The notes under the pieces: model-generated | What the model saw: only the letters and a program-made list of their open reading frames with translations | Databases searched by the model: none | Told to the model about the DNA's origin: nothing | Source of the DNA: Octopus sinensis | Taxonomy: Eukaryota | Assembly: GCF_006345805.1 (NCBI RefSeq) | Contig: NC_042998.1 | Span: 9,424,001-9,488,000, forward strand | Reading direction: 5' to 3' | Length of the DNA: 64,000 bases | Program-made: the position numbers and the translations under genes | Part shown: piece by piece, positions 54,301 to 62,000 of the stretch | How positions within the stretch are numbered: position 1 is the stretch's first letter | Layout: each line of letters starts with the position of its first letter

Positions 54301-57300
54301 TTGTGGTGTATTAGACCTAAACAAAAAAAAAAATACATTGATGACCAATGGAAGTTAATGAGTTTTACTAATCACTCAAATACTCTCTTTGATCAGATTA
54401 TAATTGGGAAACACTATCTTAATCTCTCTTTTTTTTATGTGTGTGTATGTTATAATTGCCAATTTTTTAATATTAAAGAAAATGTCTTGCAATATGAAGT
54501 GAAAAATTTTTAAATTATAAAAGATAGGAAATGGTTCACTTCTCTGAATATTAGTACAAGTTAATTAGCATCTTTAAAAATTAATGAAACAAAACAAAAT
54601 TGAAAACAGTTTTGTATAAAATACTCTTCGTTTGTGTTGTATTTTATCTAATTACATTTCTTTAAATATTATTGATGTGGGACAAATCAATTTGTGCTAA
54701 TAATTTAATTCATGTGATAATTTCTGCCCCATTTTTCATTCATAGGAGAATGTAAGTAAACTCTTTCATCTTCCGCACGATCCTTGCCAACATTGTCACT
54801 ATGTAAAACCCCAACCATTTTGCATGATTAAACCAGTTTTTGTCTTAGAAATCCCATATTAGTAAAATGTCCACTTAATAATTAATATTTCTTTGTTATA
54901 TCCAAAGCATGTTTACCAACACAATTCCAGAGCTACCATTGGTGCACACCTACCTAAATTTTATTCACTCCTTACACACACACATACACACAAACTAACT
55001 ATTATTCCATGCAATATCTCTTGAGGATTAACCTTGAAATTCAAAGTATTGCGTTCAAGAGTACTGGGGTATTTTTCTCTTAAATATATAGAGACAGTGT
55101 AATGTGGTTAAGAAGCTCACTTCATTGACATAGCATTTGATTGAATCCCACTGTGTGACATCTTGACTTAGTGTCTTTTACCAAAGCCTTCAGTAAAATA
55201 AATATATACACACACTATGTATGTGTGTTGAATTGTAGGGCTGGTGCAACAGCTAAGTCATCACACAAAAACAACTTGCATATGGTTATAGCTATCTGAT
55301 GTTCTGGTCACACCCCTTTATGCTCAGGCGAGCTTTGCCACTTTCTCCTTCAAATGTACATAAAATATGTGCCAGAATTCTGAAATCAATGTATTTGACT
55401 AAAAATTTTGATGCTGTGCCCACTATGGTTACAGTTCAATAACTTAGTAAAAGAATAAGGCAATGTAAGTTCATAGAGCTATTATTTTACTGATAGATGA
55501 CTTCAAACTTTTATAATTTCATCCTCAAAACATGTTTAGTGTTAGATATTGAGTACTTATTTTATGGATCAAATAGTATGCTTACACTCATAATGACTGT
55601 GCACACACAGGCACATGCACAAAACTATGTTAATACAATAATCCCTCAGTACATTTTAATTTAAATGTAAGTATTCACTATTATATAATTATAATTTACT
55701 TTAACATCAGTACTTTTTGTCTGAACTTGAAATAACTATAAGTTTGATATTTGTATGTATTTTTCTTTTCACCATGATAATTGTAAAATATTGATGGTTT
55801 CAATGGTCGATACAAAAGCCTTAAAGAATAAATAAAAATACAATTATTCTTTGCTGAGTACAATATTTAAATAGTTAAGGTGCTGAATAATTGATCTGTT
55901 AAATCAAGCTCTGTTATCAGGAATGCTTTGAGGTTTTAGACTAGGTATATTTTCCCAACTTGCTTAGACCAAATTCAGTTTCAGACTTTTGGTATTTATT
56001 AGGAAAAACATCTAGCTATGAAACATTTTATTTTATCATTAGATTTATAAAAATTACCAGGGCACATCCCAAAATGAAACAATATTTCCAAATATTTTAC
56101 TTCAAATTTTAACTCTGAGAAAATTATACTACTAACCACTTAATTGGTGGTTGTGAAGGTGGGGCATAATTTATTGGCCATGCAGTGTACATTGAAAAAT
56201 ATATTGAATAGTATTTTAATCAAACTTACAAAAAATTTTCATTTTAAGTGTGTGTTGTTTTTTGTTTTACATATTTTGTTGATTTGTATTTCATATGCAG
56301 TTTCATTTGTTTTCCTTTTAAGCAATGAGTGCTAATCAAAGTATATCAATATTAGTGTCCTTAAACACTGATTTTTGCTTATTCTGAGTGTGCTTTTGTC
56401 AGTTTTTATATGTAGTCAGTAGAATTGAACATTTTCTACATTCTATAAATCAACCCATATTATCTCATAACCTTATAATAATCAAGAGTAAACTACTTTT
56501 TTATGTTGTCAAAGGCTATGCAGTATTTTTTTTTCTATTAAGTGTGGGTTTGTCCAGTAATGACTTAGACCTAGTCTAACTTAATAGCATCAGCTGGTAA
56601 GCAAATGAGGTTTCCTTTGCTCATTCACACAAGATTTTGTTTGGGATCTGGCTTGTTTATCTAAGATTGTTTGAAGACAGATTCATGGAATTGTAATTTG
56701 AATGTTAGGATATATTTTTTTTATGGGAATAAGATTAGTTATGTATTGTGAATGGATCTTAGCAAAATGTGTGAGAATTAAAGCCCCAGTTTTGAAAGGT
56801 TTAGTCATTGATGCAGTACATTGTGAGCTGATATGACCCTGTTTGTCAAAGATAAAAACTGGCTTGATGTAATCCTCCTCCAAAAAAACAAAAACTCAAT
56901 ATCCAGCATGCTGTGTATTTTCCAAGTAATTGTTGTCAATTTATAATTTCTTGTTTGGTATAGTGTGACCACAGAAATAATGCTTCAATTGGTAACTGGA
57001 AAATATAGTAGGGAATAGAATAACAATTGGGTTTCAAGCTGAAATTTAAAACCAAGAGACACATTTTGGTGTTTTGAGTAGATTTAGACCATTTTGTCAA
57101 CAATAACCTAATTACTCTTAATCTAGCATACATTTTTTTTTCATGAGGAGATGGTATTATTTTCATTTATCCAGACAGCAAGTTGGCAGAACCATTAGCA
57201 ACATTTCTTCCAACTCTTTATATTCTGAGTTCAAATTTTGCCATGGTTTAGTTTCACTTTTCATCCTTCCAAAGTCAATGAAATCAGATGTAGTCAACTA

Positions 57301-59000
57301 ACTCCTTTCCCAAAAATTTCAGGCCTTGTACCTAAAGTAGAAAATATTATGTTGGTTGGTTTTTGCAAGTGTTGATTGTTGTAATATGTAGTAAATCTCT
57401 TTTCTAAATCAGTTTCCCCATACAGCATACACATTTTACTGATGTATAGTAAAATACATCATGATTTTTTTTCTTTAATCCAGTCTTTTGGTTATCCCTT
57501 CCAACACCCTTAATATTTTTCTGCTCACATCCTCCGCCTCCTGCCTTTGAAACATTTTATTTTATTCCAAATATTGTGTAATGTTTGGTATCTTGACACC
57601 CTTGAATAAACTAAAAGAATCCATGCTAACTGATATGTTTTGTTACTTTTCTAATAATTGAATGTAATAAAATGATTAAGAAAAAAACAAGAAACTTACC
57701 ATGTAATTTGATGAATATTGTTTTAAAAATAATTTCTTGACTTTGTTAACTAAAACTTTGTCGAAATACACCTTAAAGAATCAACTGATTAAGTTCATAA
57801 TCATTGTGTTTATTTTTGAAATATTCAATTTTGCTATAACTTGAGAAGTCATTAATAACTGTAAATGCCATCAAATTTGCTACAGAAAAACTCTCAAACT
57901 AATCCAACTTCTATCAGTAACTAGAGACTTTTAATACTTTAAATTATATTTTAGTTCAATATTGTCTTCTAAAAGCTCACTATTTTTTGCTATGAATATT
58001 ATAATTACAAATTGTTAAGGAACCAGTGCCTGTTAATTATTTCTTTAATATGTTGTCTAATGTAACTTCATTATTACTATATTGTATTATCTTACCTATA
58101 TATCGTTCATTAAAATACCTGTCGAACTGGTCACTGCATATGTCAGTGATCAATAACCTTAATCTAAACAGTTTATGGTGAATCCTAAAACTAATGGAAT
58201 TGGTGCATTTTGCTTTGTCTTGTGTTTTTCTCTTAATTTGTTAATCCTGGGCAACAATATCATTTAGAATCTAAAACTAAAATTGTGCATTAGTTATATT
58301 TAATTTTTAAAAATATTTTCCATATTCCATATAAAATTGTGTGTGTGTACATGGATGATAAGTTAACTTTTTCTATAAAAATATTTCCATGGAATGAAAT
58401 AAACAAAAAATGTAAAGTACTCAGCATAATTGTACTAGATTTCTCAAACAAGTCCAATTTCATTTTGCTGGCCAAAAATATTTTGCATTTCTCTAAATAT
58501 AAAATGTAATTCTGTTAAGCAATGACATAAAAGGACTACAGCATTTGGAGAAGAAAAAATCTGTATGACCTATTGTTCATTATGTATAAGTTGGAGTTTA
58601 ACATGGGTGCTTATTTAAGAGGATTTAATGCCATTTGTTACAGAAGCAACTATGTTGATGGAAACAGCAGAAGTAAATAATGAATTTAAGAAAGTTAAGA
58701 CCAGAAAAGTTTGGCAGGGAATATTAATATCTGGAATCAGATAACCTGCTCTGGCTTAAATATTTCGGGATTAAAAAAATTAATATTTAAAAATGCTATG
58801 TGGCTAAGCGAGCAGACCAACAGAAGAAATAGCGAGAGAAAGTTGTGGCGAAAGAGTACAGCAGGGATCGCCACCACCCCATGCCAGAGCCTCGAGGAGC
58901 TTTAGGTGTTTTCGCTCAATAAACACAACACCCAGTCTGGGAATCAAAACCGCGATCCTACGACCGCGAGTCCGCTGCCCTAACCACTGAGCCATTGCGC

Positions 59001-59031
<31 letters not shown>

Positions 59032-62000
59032 GGTATAAAAATTATATATAAAAAGGGACGAGAACGTGAAAAACACAAAAAACGGACGGGTCATTCGAAG
59101 CCTTTAATCTTCAGTCAGGAACCGGATCATCATAGCAAATTTTGGCTGATTAATCCTGATATTGCTCCGATGCGGCCAGCCCCAATGAAAAACTAAGCTG
59201 CGAGCATTAGATTTCTTGGAAAAAGGATCGAATGTAAACGAAACAAGGACAGAAAAACGGACGATGCCACACGAATATAAATACAAAAAACAAAAACAAA
59301 AATAAAAACAAGAATGGTAATAACAGGACAACAGCAGGTGTCTTACGACTTTAGACAAATTTAACTTATATATATATAAAGCTAATTCTTAACTTTAATT
59401 AGAATATTAATTTGTATGTTAAACAAGAGAAAATAATTATTGTATGTTGACTCTGAATGCTATATTATGTATGTGAATTTGACTGTTGTTTAAGAGTTAT
59501 TTGTAAATATAAGTGTGTGTTTGTGTGTGCCTATGCCCTGATGTAGCTTATGCATCTTTTCCTAAACTACAATCTAACTTAAAAGACCTAGGAAATGCTA
59601 ATTAACACCAAAATGATAGCTAATGTCATTATCAGTAATCATTAATAAACTTTTGGTTAATTATTGTTAGAAAATGGTGTTGCATATTAAAATCCATGAA
59701 ATAAAGTATTTATGACTTTCTGTTTCTACTTATGTAAAATGAACCTTTTAGCAGAGAGTACAACTGGTAGTTTTATTTTTGTAATTTTCTCGTTTGATAA
59801 TATTTTTTTAATTTCTGTTTTAACTTTTTTTTAAAATTAAAGTGGGTCTTTTTTTTCAAATTTGACATAACTTGACATTCTCAGTATTTTCACTCACTTG
59901 TTATACACTAATAATTTTGTTTTAAAATTTTTTTTTTTTTTTTCGTAAAAGGTGAAGTCACTATGTTAGAAAACTAACTAATAATCAGCTATTACTTTGT
60001 AAAATATATTTTTGATTTGTTTTTTTTTTAGCTCTAAAGTTGACAAGATGTCAGACATTGTAACAGGGAATCCTATGATTATTAAGATGATTGTTGGCTT
60101 CAACAGGTAATTGACTGATTAATTTCTCAATTTAATGCACTTAATCAGTTGTGATTTGTGTATTAATTGTTAGAACCTTTGACCAAAATTTACCAATTGC
60201 TTTTCATAAATTTCTAGAATAGAAAAACAAAAAAAAGACATATCTCCAGTTTTATATGCACCATTAATACTACTTTCCAAAGGGACATTAATTTACTTAG
60301 AAAATAATAAAAGTCATGCTCTGCCTAAACTGTTTCAGTGACTCTAAGGATAAGAAGTTGCATCATATCTTGTCTCATAAATGATGTTTTGATATTTCGA
60401 AATTTTAGTGACACATAAAATTTATGCTGTTTTAATGCAAGAGATATTCTTAATGTCTCTGCTCCTTTTGTATATTTTGCAATAATTTGAAGAATAAAAG
60501 ATCAGAAAAAAAAACAACTATCAAGAAATTGTTGCTGTAGTTGTCCTAACATTATAAATGTATCATCTGTCAAATGTTTTCCTGCCTTCTTACTGTATGC
60601 ATACAAAATAAAGCCATTATAATCTTCATCTCATCATCATCTTCGTTTAGCATCCGCTTTCCATGCTAGCATGGGTTGGATGGTTCAGCTGGGGTCTGGG
60701 AAGCCAGAAGGCTGCACCAGGCCCAGTCTGATCTGGCAATGTTTCTACGGCTGGATGCCCTTCCTAACGCCGACCACTCCGTGAGTGTAGTGGGTGCTTT
60801 TTACGACAAGTGTTAAATAACAGAGCATGATGGATCTTTCACTAGATATAATTTTTGGAAGGTAAAGTTTTAAGAAAACTGTATCTATATTTTCAAAAGC
60901 TTCATCTCCCCATAGTCGTATTGTCAAAGCAAAGTATGATAATATAAATCTGAATAGGTTTTTTTTCAACTAGTCAAATAATGTGGCTTGCTTATGTGGG
61001 GCTAAAGTATTATATATTTATCTATGATTAGAAATCACATCTATTTTGTACAGATTAGATTGAATTCATATATGTAGATATAGTCTGTTTCTTGCACTAG
61101 ACTTTTGGTTTTTTAAATGCTAATACTAATTTTGTTAATCAAACAGTTACATATATCATTAGTCAATTAGTTATGTGATTATAGACATAAAAACAAAATA
61201 AAGTATGAATAATTAATAAAATTCATTTTAAACTACAGAAATCCAAGGGGACAAAGTGCTTTACGTGACCTTTTACATCCATTGATCAAAGAGGTTCTGG
61301 ATGATAAAGAATTTTTAATAAACACAAATCCTGTAGAAGTATACAAGAGTTGGATAAACCAGACAGAATCCCAAACTGGACAGGCCAGGTATTGAGAACA
61401 TTTTTGCTTTTAGTCATTTTTTCCATAGCCATTGTTTCTCAAAATAATATAATACTTCAGTAATTTTTAGTAAAATTTTAATACATATTTTGTATTTCCT
61501 TTGATTTTTTTTTTTAACTTTTCAGTAGTTTCTAGACATATCTCTAGACAATGTAACAGTGAAGTAGTTCATTTATATTGACTGATATATTATTGTACAG
61601 GATGAAATGGAAGAAATAATATGCAGTAATGTAATAAAGCCATTGTAGTGGACATTACTGGCAAAATGGACCATAGTGGGTGGCAACTTACCGAAACCCA
61701 CCCAAACCATGATGGCATGGAGTAAAATATATGCATGAGATAAAGTCTCTGCAATCCACCATTATAAGTTATCTGTCTAGGAGAGCAATAACTCTGAAAA
61801 CTAAACTGATGCAGGCTACAAGAGACTCTTCAGTCCTCCCAATTGAGACAACCTCTTGAGTGCCGATAGTGTAATAAAATGCTTCCTCTTCAAACTGTCA
61901 GACTTACACAACAACAGAGTTGGCCTGTTGCCATTGTTGTTGTTTGTGTCAGCTGATATGGATCATCATCATCATCATTTAACATCTGCTTTCCATGCTG

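Noticed and set aside
59081-59125. Minus-strand CTGAAGA...CGAA hammerhead-like motif
   Set aside because: GAAA is incomplete and helix I cannot be paired
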